Assembly (NCBI GenBank): GCA_964035545.1
Contig: OZ037765.1
Coordinates: 4,722,698-4,786,697, forward strand
From: Bugula neritina
Lineage: Eukaryota; Animalia; Bryozoa
Length of the DNA stretch: 64,000 bases
Reading direction: 5' to 3'
Part shown: piece by piece, positions 14,801 through 25,800 of the stretch
Layout of the letters: each line of letters starts with the position of its first letter
How positions within the stretch are numbered: the first letter of the stretch is position 1
Translations under genes and position numbers: made by a program
The notes under the pieces: generated by a model
Databases searched by the model: none
What the model saw: the letters and a program-made list of their open reading frames with translations, nothing else
What the model was told of the DNA's origin: nothing

Positions 14801-17800
14801 TCACTACTTATATTACACTATCACTACTTATATTACACTATCACTGCTTATATTATACTATCACTACTTATATTACACTACCACTGCTTATATTACACTA
14901 TCACTACTTATATTACACTATCACTACTTATATTACACTATCACTACTTATATTACACTATCACTGCTTATATTATACTATCACTACTTATATTACACTA
15001 CCACTGCTTATATTACACTATCACTACTTATATTACACTATCACTACTTATATTACACTATCACTACCTATATTACACTATCACTACTTATATTACACTA
15101 TCACTACTTATATTACACTACCACTACTTATATTACACTATCACTACTTATATTACACTATCACTACTTATATTACACTATCACTACTTATATTACACTA
15201 TCACTACTTATATTACACTATCACTACCTATATTACACTATCACTACTTATATTACACTATCACTGCTTATATTACACTATCACTACTTATATTACACTA
15301 TCACTGCTTATATTACACTATCACTGCTTATATTACACTATCACTACTTATATTACACTATCACTACTTATATTACACTATCACTACTTATATTACACTA
15401 TCACTACTTATATTACACTATCACTGCTTATATTACACTATCACTACTTATATTACACTATCACTACTTATATTACACTATCACTACTCACTTATATTAC
15501 ACAGGTGGTGAGCTGGCTAAGAAATCCTATGCTATCAGCTGATGTAGCTCGAGGATTTGAAGTTATACTGAAAGATTACAGGGATGTATTGAGCAGTAAA
15601 CAACATCCCAACATTAGGTTGATGTATAAACAAAGGCTATTTATGTTGGTGTTTCCTGTCCTTCATGAGATGTCCTCCTCCATTGAACAGGGTAAATAAG
15701 TTGCTGTATCTTTGAATACAAAAAGCTTAGTGGTTGAATTAATTATTGTTGAAGTCACTAGAAAGGTAAAGAACAGTTTTGGTCGCTGAGATAGTCAAAG
15801 TAGTATGCAAAGATTAGCTGGTTTTCTCCTGCAACTAAGATCAGATGCATTTAATCATGGGAAAGCAGGGAAAACAGAAACGCTTTGTATTGTGGCTGAA
15901 TTGCAGTGAGCACAGAGTATGGAGAGCTGATGTTAGTCTGTATGATCAGAGACCATTTATATGAGACATTGTTATACTCTTTGCTAATTTGTAGAGCTGG
16001 TAGCTAATGTACACATAGCAGTGACGAACTTAATCAAATATATACCTAAACAAGTGGCATCTACAGAAAAGCAAAAGGTATGCCATAACTATTCCACAGT
16101 GTAAAGTGTATCCTGGGGTTGTATACAGGGTGTTTGTGGTGGCATGTTTGTTAAGCCAGAGTAGAAATATTGTGAAGAAGTTGAAAGATTATGCTGTCAA
16201 GAAATTAACAACAAAGCAGCCAATAAAACTGGGTTAAAGTACAGATACTACGAACTTATTTACTTTGCTGCTAATAATAAATACCAATTTGTTGAACCCT
16301 TCTGGACCAAAATCATGTGCTAAATTAAACTGAGGAAGTTTGAAATAACTTTTTGTTATAATCTATAAAAGCGAGCATTACTTCCCTTACTATATTTGTA
16401 GTCCGAACTAGGGTTAAAGGTTAAGTTTAATTCTACTTTCAACATGCTTATAAAAGTAGTTCTCCTTTGCTAATTTTAACTGTTCATCCAAATGTTGAAG
16501 TTGTATGCCCTCTTCAGAGTCCAATTGTGATCTAATAAAATAGTATCTGTATTCAAAGAGCTTCAACTTTGACTGTAGTTACTATGATGTGTAACACATA
16601 ACTTTATGTTTAAACAGCTGATGACGCTGTTAGTGAAACTACTCCAGTCTGAAGACATCGAGGTGCTACAACAAACTCTACAGTTGATAGATGCTGACTC
16701 CGACAGCGGTCTATTAGAGCAGCATGTGGATACTCTACTGCCAATCCTAATTAGACTGAGCATTTGCTCCCCTAGCATGGTAGGTATATACTGCAATATG
16801 CTCCCCTAGCATGGTAGGTATATACTGCAATATGCTCTTCTAGCATGGTAGGTATAGACTGCTATATGCTCCCCTAGTATGGTAGGTATAGACTGCTATA
16901 TGCCCCTTTAGTGTAGTAGGTATAGACTGTTATATGCTCCTCTAGTATGGTAGGTATAAACTGCTATATGCTCCTCTAGTATGGTAAATATAGACTGCTA
17001 TATGCTCCCCTAGCATGGTAGGTATAGACTGTTATATGCTCCCCTAGCATGGCAGGTATAGACTGTTAGATGCTCCTCTAGTATGGTAGGTATAGACTGC
17101 TATATACCCCTCTAGTATGGTAGGTATAGACTGTTAGATGCTCCTCTAGCATGGTAGGTATAGACTGCTATATGCTCCTCTAGTATAGTAGGTATAGACT
17201 GCCATATGCTCCTCTAGTATGGTAGGTATAAATAGACTTGTGTAAAACACTAACAGATACATAAAATGCAGAAATTGACCCACTAATGATTTTTGTTTGC
17301 TATTTTTGAAATAGAAATAACAAGTTACTAAAATTACTCAATGAATTGCTAGCTTTATTTAATAAAACCATACGATTTGTAACTGACTCATCTTTCAAAC
17401 AAGTTCTTCGTTTCTCAACATACCTGCATACTATTACTATCCACTGCTACTAACTAACTGTGTTTGCAGCAAGTACGCATCTCCTCCCTGAAGTGTCTAG
17501 CCACCATGTCTAAACTGACCACCCTCCTCATCGTACCTCACATGAACTCCGTCATCAAGCAACTCCTTCCTGCCCTTGATGATAAGAAACGTCTAGTCAG
17601 AAAAGAAGCTGTCAAAACTAGAAATATTTGGTAAGATTTTATCATTACACTCTCCTATTTCCTCACTTCGTCATCAACTTAATGTTTTCATTAATATTAA
17701 GGTGCAGTAGGTTCATTTCTTGTTGGTCGCCTTGTGCCCTTTTTTAAAATGCACAAATGTGGATATTGTTGTTATATAAAAGACACTTTAAGCTGAATTC

Positions 17801-17972
17801 ACCAAACTGTATGTGGGTGTGTAGTGTAATAAACTACTTTCACGTTTTCAAGTATCCAAAAATCTAGGTCTATTTCAATATTAACAATCAATTTATTCCA
17901 TGTTTGTTACTTTAGTAGTTGTGTGTTTTCAATTCTAGGTGCATGGTTAGAGATGGACACGAGTCTCACTGA
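5838..17972 (+). CDS. MMS19: MMS19 (CIA targeting complex HEAT-repeat scaffold), 21 exons, ~935 aa: 5838-5907, 6827-6875, 7081-7264, 7704-7848, 8167-8292, 8427-8488, 9290-9451, 9787-9945, 10754-10811, 11284-11438, 11782-12029, 12325-12542, 13090-13282, 13524-13623, 13783-13903, 14144-14274, 15505-15691, 15995-16077, 16618-16779, 17470-17630, 17939-17972
   Basis: Hallmark motifs DGEKDPRNLL, EELFEVTACYFPVDFTPP, LMYKQRLF and LDDKKRLVRKEAV; all introns GT-AG with compatible phases; the spliced 2808 nt is open. Confidence 0.93.
12048..12170. repeat. (GTA/GTG)n low-complexity tract in MMS19 intron 11; homologous tracts at 37895-38100 and 41820-42040
   Basis: Visible trinucleotide repeat carried along with each MMS19 duplication. 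Confidence 0.9.
14487..15502. repeat. 20-bp minisatellite (CTTATATTACACTATCACTA)n, ~50 copies, running up to the exon 17 acceptor
   Basis: Directly visible tandem array. Confidence 0.98.
16766..17230. repeat. 34-bp minisatellite (GCTCCCCTAGCATG|GTAGGTATAGACTGCTATAT)n, ~13 copies, spanning the exon 19 donor
   Basis: Directly visible; the first unit overlaps the last 14 nt of exon 19. Confidence 0.95.
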
Positions 17973-18589
17973 AGAGGATCTTTCTAATTGTTACCCAATT
18001 ACAAATGCAAGCTTAATTTTACTCCACATCAAAGCTTTTAACCATCATCAATATTTTAAAGTGATGCTCGACTTTAAGCTAATACGTTGGATGAACAAAT
18101 GTATTGACTTGGATAAAGTAAAAACTCATAAATGGCATGGCTACCTCCAAACAGAAGCAACTACTGCTTCCAGTAAAATTAGGTTACCACTAATAAACCC
18201 TAAAATTGCTTCACCCACTTGATCTGTGCCTAATTTATATTTATAATGTTGACATTATCTTGGGCCTAAAAATTTTTGAAAACATTCACACGTATAAAAC
18301 ATTAGAACAAATTTTCCAATTACTATTTTAGAAAACGAAGTGTCGGAAATGTTGAATAGTTAAAACTTTTTATTAGCAAAACTGAATTTTCAACTATAAA
18401 ACTTATTAATCCAAATTATGAGGCTCTACACTCATAAAATAAAATTATGATACTAAAAGAAATCTTAAAATGAGAATTTCTAGTGAAAGGAGCTCCTGGT
18501 ATAAAAAATATGTTAAATTTACTGTGAGAGCACAGTATACAAATTTAGTCAAATGCCAACAAATTGAGAAATTTAAGGAAGTAAGTTGG

Positions 18590-19145
18590 CAAAATGATGC
18601 ATCATAAGCCTTCTCCACGTTCCCGGTTTTCTGTTTCCTTTAACTTCCATCTCATGCATTCTGCTGATACCATCTTCTTTCTTTCTTCTACATATAAGTC
18701 GGAAGTCCGAACCACTGCAGCCTTCTTTTCATCAGTTCTAACACATTCATTACTTTCACTTCTTGCCTTATGCTTTTATTGGTCTTGTGTTCTTCGAGAG
18801 TAATTCCTAGGCAGTAACACGGCATTCTCATCTCCTACACTAGCTTTTTTCGAAAGGTAATCGGTCACTGGTCATGTTTCAGCTTTGTACAGTAGCACCT
18901 GTCGTATCACTGTCTTGTAAATGAGCACCTTTAGTTTCTTTGGAACTTTCTGGTCACATAAAATATCGGTCAGCTCCCTCCATTTATCCCAGGCTCTACC
19001 AATGCGCACTTGTACTTCTGTCCTGCATCCTCCCTCCTGGTGGATTGTAGTTCTCAGGTATTTGAATGTGACTTTTTGAGGCAAAGTGGCATGTGCAGAG
19101 CTTTCATATTCCTTTAATTTGATGTCATCACTGTCTTCTTTTGGT
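18590..19145 (-). mobile_element. Degraded RTE-like LINE ORF2 3' fragment; shorter copies at ~45466-45735, 49111-49378, 52290-52565, 55163-55345
   Basis: FKYL..IHQEGGCRTEVQVRIGRAWDKWRELTDILCDQKVPKKLKVLIYKTVIRQVLLYKAET resembles the post-RT region of RTE LINEs. Confidence 0.75.
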
Positions 19146-19286
19146 GATAGGTGTAATGTTTGTTGTTTGTTGTACGTTTGCGTGGGTAATAATAAAGATG
19201 AGACCATTGAAATAATGTATCGTGACGTAAGGTATAAAGTGTACAGTTTGACAGCATAGAAAGAACTTCTTCTCATCATAATTGTG

Positions 19287-19327
<41 letters not shown>

Positions 19328-19330
<3 letters not shown>

Positions 19331-19800
19331 AGTTTTCAGAACTACTAGTTGTGGGTATGCTTGTGTGTTATCAATTATTGCATCACGCTGTGAGGTTATG
19401 CAATGAACTGAGCTAGTGAGAAAATATATTTAAAAAATAAGATACAAGTAGAAAAGAATGTACATCAGTTGATAAAATGAACAAAAGTTACAATGTTACA
19501 TCAGTTAACCTGTTTGTTACTAGCGTAGTCCTCGTGTGTCAGTGGGCGCCAGAAGGTGCTGCATATACATGGGAGGTTGGCCCTGATTGGTCAACCTATA
19601 TTCCACTTCTTATTGGTTATATCATTTGGCGGACATTTATATCCTGTTGCCCCATATTAGCCTGCGGCGCCTGCCGCATGTGGAACAGCACGACTAGCCA
19701 AAAAACTATCGCATATGTTTGGCATATGTTCAGTGTAGAATCAGTCTACCACTGGAGCTCATTCTACTTACAATAAAGATTCTACTAAGACAACACTACA
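19328..19800 (+). mobile_element. Possible solo LTR
   Basis: TGTAGT...ACTACA termini with AATAAA ~25 nt before the 3' end; no target-site duplication found. Confidence 0.35.
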
Positions 19801-21619
19801 TCTTGTTCTTCTCATACAAAGAGTTATGTTACGTTACAAAGTCCTCAAATGTGTAAGTGTTGTCTGCAAGACTCCACAAACATCTAACTTCAGATGAAGG
19901 TGATGCTGTGGCTTTGAGTTTTGCTGTCATTTTGTTATGGCCACACTTCAGTCCATAAGGTAGAATGTAGTTATAGTCTGATTCATGTTTCACCTTCATA
20001 CATATATCGATATACAACAGAGCTGCCAGCCTTCCTATTGTACAAAATACAGGGGCCCAACAAGGGAGCAACAGCGTTGTCAGCCATCCAGTAGTACAAA
20101 ACGTAGGGGCTCCACAAAAAGGAAATAAAGGCACAGGAAAGGTGGAGCTAAGAAAAAAGGAAATAGAGTCAAGCAAGATGCAGCACTAGGACAGGGGGCT
20201 GGTATAGGACAAGGAGCTGGAATAGCAAATGGAGGTGTCATCACACTAACAAGAATAAACGTGAGTAGCTAAAAGAACGTAGTTTAGCATAGAGATGCAT
20301 GAAACATATGGTACAAGTGCAGGTGAAGAAAGGAGACTGTTTGAGCTGCTGTCATACACTGTTATTGATGAGGAAAGAACTTCAGCACTTCCTAAAAAAC
20401 AATGTAGTTTCACTTTATTGTTAGGAGTTGTCTGCTTATATTTATTTTAAAACATGGGTAGACAACTGCTAACAAACTGTAAATTCAAATTTTATTGTTG
20501 GCAGATCAAGTATAATAATATTATTAATATAACCTAAGCATAATGTAATTTTTATTGAGAGAAATAATTATTGCAAAATAACTGTTGCGTTTTATTATAT
20601 AATGCATGTTTATTATCGCAGGCCGAAAGAAAAGAGCAAATTTTTAGAGAAAAAGTGAATAACAGTAATTGCTGGGTTTATATAACAATCTAAAAAGATA
20701 GCTATAATATATTTTGTAGTAGCCAAAACCTTACATTGCTTGTATAAAACAAAATGTATAGCTAACATAGTTATGATAATATAAGTAAAGCTCTAATTAT
20801 TCCACAAGCTTTCCAAACTCATGGTATAGCTGATATAGCTTCCATGAGTAGAAGTAATAATACATACATGTAGATTCAACTACAACTGTAAAGCACACCA
20901 ATATATTTTAGAAGCCGCAAGTGTCTCAACTTTTTAATATTTTGAAACAATAAAATAATAATAAGTAGTAATAAAAAGATGCAATTAATTGTGAAAAAAC
21001 GCTACTTACCCCACTCAACACAGCACAACAATACTAATGTCGTGCATGAAGAAAAGCTGTGCATTATCAGGTTGTTCCAATGTTTATATATTAACTTAGA
21101 AAAAGCTATGTTGTTGGAAGTTTGTGTATTGTTGGAGCACATAATTTTGTCCTGAGTCTAATAAAACATTCTGAACCAAATTATAGGGATGCCTTGTATT
21201 TTGCTTTCATAGTCAATGTATTCTATAATATATAAGGCTTATTATAATAGTTATGCAGCCTTTGAAATGAGCAAATTTGCTTCCAAATAGAAAAAGCCGA
21301 ACTTCTATCTTCATCACTTATTATAAAAGCAATAAATAAATAAATAAAGCAATAAATAGAAGTCCTATATTGGAGCAATGAAACTATTAACATAATATTA
21401 TTCTTAGATTACTTGCCATGAGTAGTTGTGGTATAGCTAGAATTAGCAAAACATTGTTTAGAAACATTTTTGTATAGGCTGCAATTAAAATATTTAATAA
21501 ATATTTTTAAAAAAAATTCACTTACTTTAAGCTGACTATATAGTGACTTACAATGCATCAAAGGTGAAATATCAATTCAAGTACTGCTTATATACATTGT
21601 AAATAAATGTATGAGTTAT

Positions 21620-21995
21620 AGAGTCAAGTCAAGCCTCTCCATAGCATATAACTTGGTAGTGTTAGCTTGTTGTTCAAACACAATCTTCTTAATTTTTTTC
21701 CAAAGCCATTAATTTTCAGCTAGTTGCTTAACCTCCTTGAGAAATACAAGTATTGCAGATAACGGGTCATCTATATGATTCAAACTTCATGTAATTATGC
21801 CAACCCATGAATCGTAAGCATTAAAGCCTGAAGGGAATCTGACTGGTACTATAAACTGTTTGAAATTTGGTGCATGTTTGCAAATTTCTGACAAACTGTG
21901 GTTTAGAGCCACTGTATTATAGCGTACTACAATTGAATCTAAATACAAGCATCATGAGATTGGGAAACTCCTGCAGGAAGCATACATTTATCTGG
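21620..21995 (-). pseudogene. Degraded intronless LRR-like ORF fragment; related pieces at 46275-46590, 47900-48490, 54175-54605, 61611-62073
   Basis: Shared translated segments FPNLMYL, EICKxxP, YDSW, xNxFGKKLxRLC, LPSYxLxxLDLT; stops and frameshifts present. Confidence 0.55.
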
Positions 21996-22288
21996 CCATT
22001 AAAAGCATAACAAATGAAATTATTTTTCAAAAGTATATGGAATGAGTGGAAAACCATATTTTATATGTCTTATTTATGTATATGCTACAAAATATGCAAC
22101 CTGCAGCAATTATTTGGACTTAATTGTGTAATAACTCATAGGTAGGCATTTTGAATTTATATAGAGTATATTTTTGAACATTACTAATACTGTGACCCTC
22201 AGCTCAAACTAAAGTTTACAATGTGGCCCTCGCCACACGAATATTTCTTTTCAGTGGCCGGTGGTCTGAAAAGGTTGGACACCCCTGG

Positions 22289-22535
22289 CAGGGGTGGGCA
22301 ACTTGGGCCTCCAGGGCCACTTTCAGCCCTTTGCCCATTTTTCATTAGGCCCTTTTAATACTTAAGATAAGTAAAATCTGTCATCATTATTCTGATTAGC
22401 CCAGCATAGGTTTGGTGACAACTGACAAGTTACTTTATTATATTAAATGATATTTTTATGTGTTTTTATGAGTCAGCCCTTCGTTTTGGCTGACTCCTTA
22501 ACTTGGCCCCGAGCAAATAGAGTTGCCCACCCGGT
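22289..22535. mobile_element. hAT (Charlie-like) MITE, preceded by the right end of a second one (...GGTTGGACACCCCTG at 22273-22287)
   Basis: Left TIR CAGGGGTGGGCAAC and degenerate right TIR GTTGCCCACCCGG. Confidence 0.6.
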
Positions 22536-22846
22536 CAGCTAGTTAACTTTGATAATTGCAATGAGCTACAGTCCAATGGAAAATTGGTCGTTGTGGGTAC
22601 GGAATTCCTATTGGTTAAAGGCTTAATTACGCGTTCAGCGCGGGCAAATAAAGGTAGCTCGCAAGCCGCATTCTCAGTTCAGTTTCCTGTCAGTTTCAGT
22701 AACCAGCGTGCTTGAAGTTAAAGTTAATTTAAAGTCACTTTTCTCTCTTTGAGCTTGTACAAGCATCTCTACTGCTACTGCACCATTGATCGATCTACTA
22801 GAAACATTTATTTTTAGAACATTCAACATAAAATTAAATCACCTAG

Positions 22847-25800
22847 ATGTCGTTTGTTGGAAAATCCCTTAGCGAACCTACTCATACTGATAGTGATACT
22901 CATACTCATACTGATAGTGATACTCATCCTCATAGCCAGGAAGATTTTTTGGAATTGGAAGTTCTAAAAGTAAAACTTAAAGGTAAGCGTGAGGCTCCGA
23001 CTGAGTCTGAGTGAGAGCTAAACAGTAAATGCCAAATAAGTGTTTAATGTTGTTATATTGAGTACTGGGGGTTTTCAACTACTAAGTACCTAATATAACA
23101 CAGGGTATGCATACAATTAGAATATTCTACATGTGTATAACTATAACGCGTTGATAGTTGGTATCACACTTACCGGTATTATTCTTCTCTTCAGTCACAT
23201 CTGCTTACGACGGACTCTAGTGTACAAGAGATCTGGAATCCTGTACCAAAGCTGCCACGTTTAGACAGAAGGTTCTCTCATTGCTTACTTCTTGTAGCCA
23301 GAGCTCCGTCACTCAACATAAAAGGTAAGGGTACGAAAGTGATAAGTATCTTATAGCTAAAGAGCAAAGTGCTATAATCCTTAGGCTAGAAGTCCTGTTG
23401 CGAAACATCATATATGTGGAAGTATACTTTTAGGGCTAATGTTGTACCATCTCCAATAATTAGTTGTATGTCCTGTATCATGGTGTATAACCTTGTAAGT
23501 GTGTGTCTATTTAATGTTACTGCTATTCTATATAGTAGGCATACACTATGTATGGAAGAAAAGATATATTATAAATGGGGAAAAGATAGAATACATGGAA
23601 GTATTCAATACAAAACAATATTAAGCTCTAACTAAGGTTGCAGGGAAGCAGGATGCTATATCTGTAGTATATTATATTGTAGTGGTATAGCATACAAAAT
23701 GTCAAGTATGAAATAATACTTGAATACATCTATAGCATCCTCCCCAATTTAGAGAAAGACACCTCCGGTGGCTTATGCTTGTTGAAAGCATAAACAATTA
23801 AGCATTACTACTCCGAAATAAAAAAGGAAGAAAAACCTTTCACAATAAAATGAGTAAAATTTGAAAATTATATATACTAGCTGTTATATAGGCCTATATG
23901 TATTCTATTAGTACCAGTGAGTTCATCGATTAGAGTGAGTATTTTTTTTTTATTTCTGGTCACATAATCTTTTTTTTTTTCTCACTCATTTTTTTACATT
24001 GTTCCCTTTTTTTGTAACCATATTTTCATTATTTTTTTTTGATGAACTATATCTGTTGATGAAATAAAAAAAAAAACAAGACTTTAGCTATAAGTAAACA
24101 TTTACTAAAAATACACTAATTATGAATATTATAAACATAAGTCACAGGAGGTGGTGATAACAATCGACTCCGCATTTTATCCAACTTTGAATATTTAAAA
24201 ATTTCGCTTGATTTGATTCAATTTTCCCAATACAGAGCTTACTTAATTTTATTTTAATCAAAAGTCAATTTGATTTCTGCAATTTTTAGTAAGTTTGTTT
24301 TATGAGAAGCCAAAACTGTAGAAGATGTTAACCTGTAATGCTAAAAAAATGTCAAAGTACTCCCCCCTGTGAACAACAGGAAAACTCCTGTGTTCCATTG
24401 AAAAACTTGATTATTAATATGGCAGTAAATATTAGTATATCTGGTATATCTGCATGGTTATGTAAAGTAATGAATCGGGTGTCAATATGGTTATTATGTA
24501 TGTAAGTGTGAAGTAGATAAGCTACTCAATGCTGCTACTAGTACTGGGTATGTCGGCTTCTAGTCATTGCAGTTTCGGATAGAGGGGGCGATATTGCTGA
24601 ATTGAGGATGCAGGCGAAGGAGCACTAGGTGTTGGTCTAGTGTCCACTTCTACCATATCTACGAATTCTGTGAAGCTAGTCTGATCGGAAGCGTCCAGGA
24701 ACCCATCCTGTTCTCCTGCCTCAACATCATTGTCAGATGTGTCCTCTGTGTCCTCAATGTCGATAGCTGCTACAATATTTCTCCTTCGCTGGCAACAACG
24801 ATTGTATAGAAAAATACCTAGCAATGCAATTGACAATATGGTGACTAAACAGTTGGATATCAAAGTCCACAATTCAAACGCACTCGCCACATGCCCTCCA
24901 AACAGGAAAGCAAACCAAGAGTTCCCTATCAAGTTCTCTTTCGACTCAATGACATTGTTTTTAAAGGAAACATGTCTGTTGGATTGAATTCCCATCGCTT
25001 CTAGAACTTGTTTCTGTCTTGACAAAGTAGCTAGCAATTCATTCAAGTCAGAGTGTGCTGACAGGTCAGGCCAACTTAGGTGATGGGCACGGCTGTAGAT
25101 TGTTTCATGGATTTTAAGAGGGTGTGCACCTAGAGAAATTCCAGGTAAACTCAGGTCTTCTCCAAGATTAACCTTTTCTACGGTACCATCTTGGTTGTAC
25201 CAAAACAATTCATCGTTCATCCGGAATGCAATTGCTGGTTTGGATGTGCACGGTGCTTGTGCACTTTGTGTGTGAATAATGTTATCCATTGGATCCATGA
25301 AACCAGTGTGCGTTTCCCCACTGAGTTCCAATTCTACTGGAATAAACATGGTGCAATTATTCTCTGACATAGGGAGCATTTTGTAGCTTTTTATTTCCGT
25401 ACATGGGTAAATCTTTAGAAAACCAGGACCAGACTCAGCTCGGATATTGCTTACCCCTAGTAAGTATCTGGCTGTACTCGTCGCATGTTGCTCTGCGAGT
25501 AGAGCTACGGTTTTGAGGACTTGAACTATGTTTTTACAGGTATATTGATAAGATGTCCAATACAGTTTTGATTCGATTCCGAGAATCTGTACTTCTAGGG
25601 ACTGAGCTATAGCGTCCATGACAGCATATGCTGGACTCAAACGACTCCTGCGGTCCCATTCTAGTCCAGGAGCCTTTTCAACGTGTTGCGTTAGAGTGGT
25701 GTTGAACAGGTCTGAAGTATTAAAAACAACAAGCAAACCTTGGTCCGACATTGTGCCTGACTTGCCGTCACAAGTGGTAATATTCTCAAAGGGGTTCTTG

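Noticed and set aside
14385-15542. 385-aa and 355-aa ORFs; CRISPR-like regularity
   Set aside because: Pure 20-bp tandem repeat inside an MMS19 intron; no unique spacers and no cas genes.
16766-17230. 34-bp repeats as a CRISPR array
   Set aside because: Units are adjacent with no spacers, in a eukaryotic intron.
23414-23635. Identical 73-aa ORFs at 23414 and 30061
   Set aside because: They lie inside the two LTRs, so identity reflects LTR duplication; no recognisable motif.
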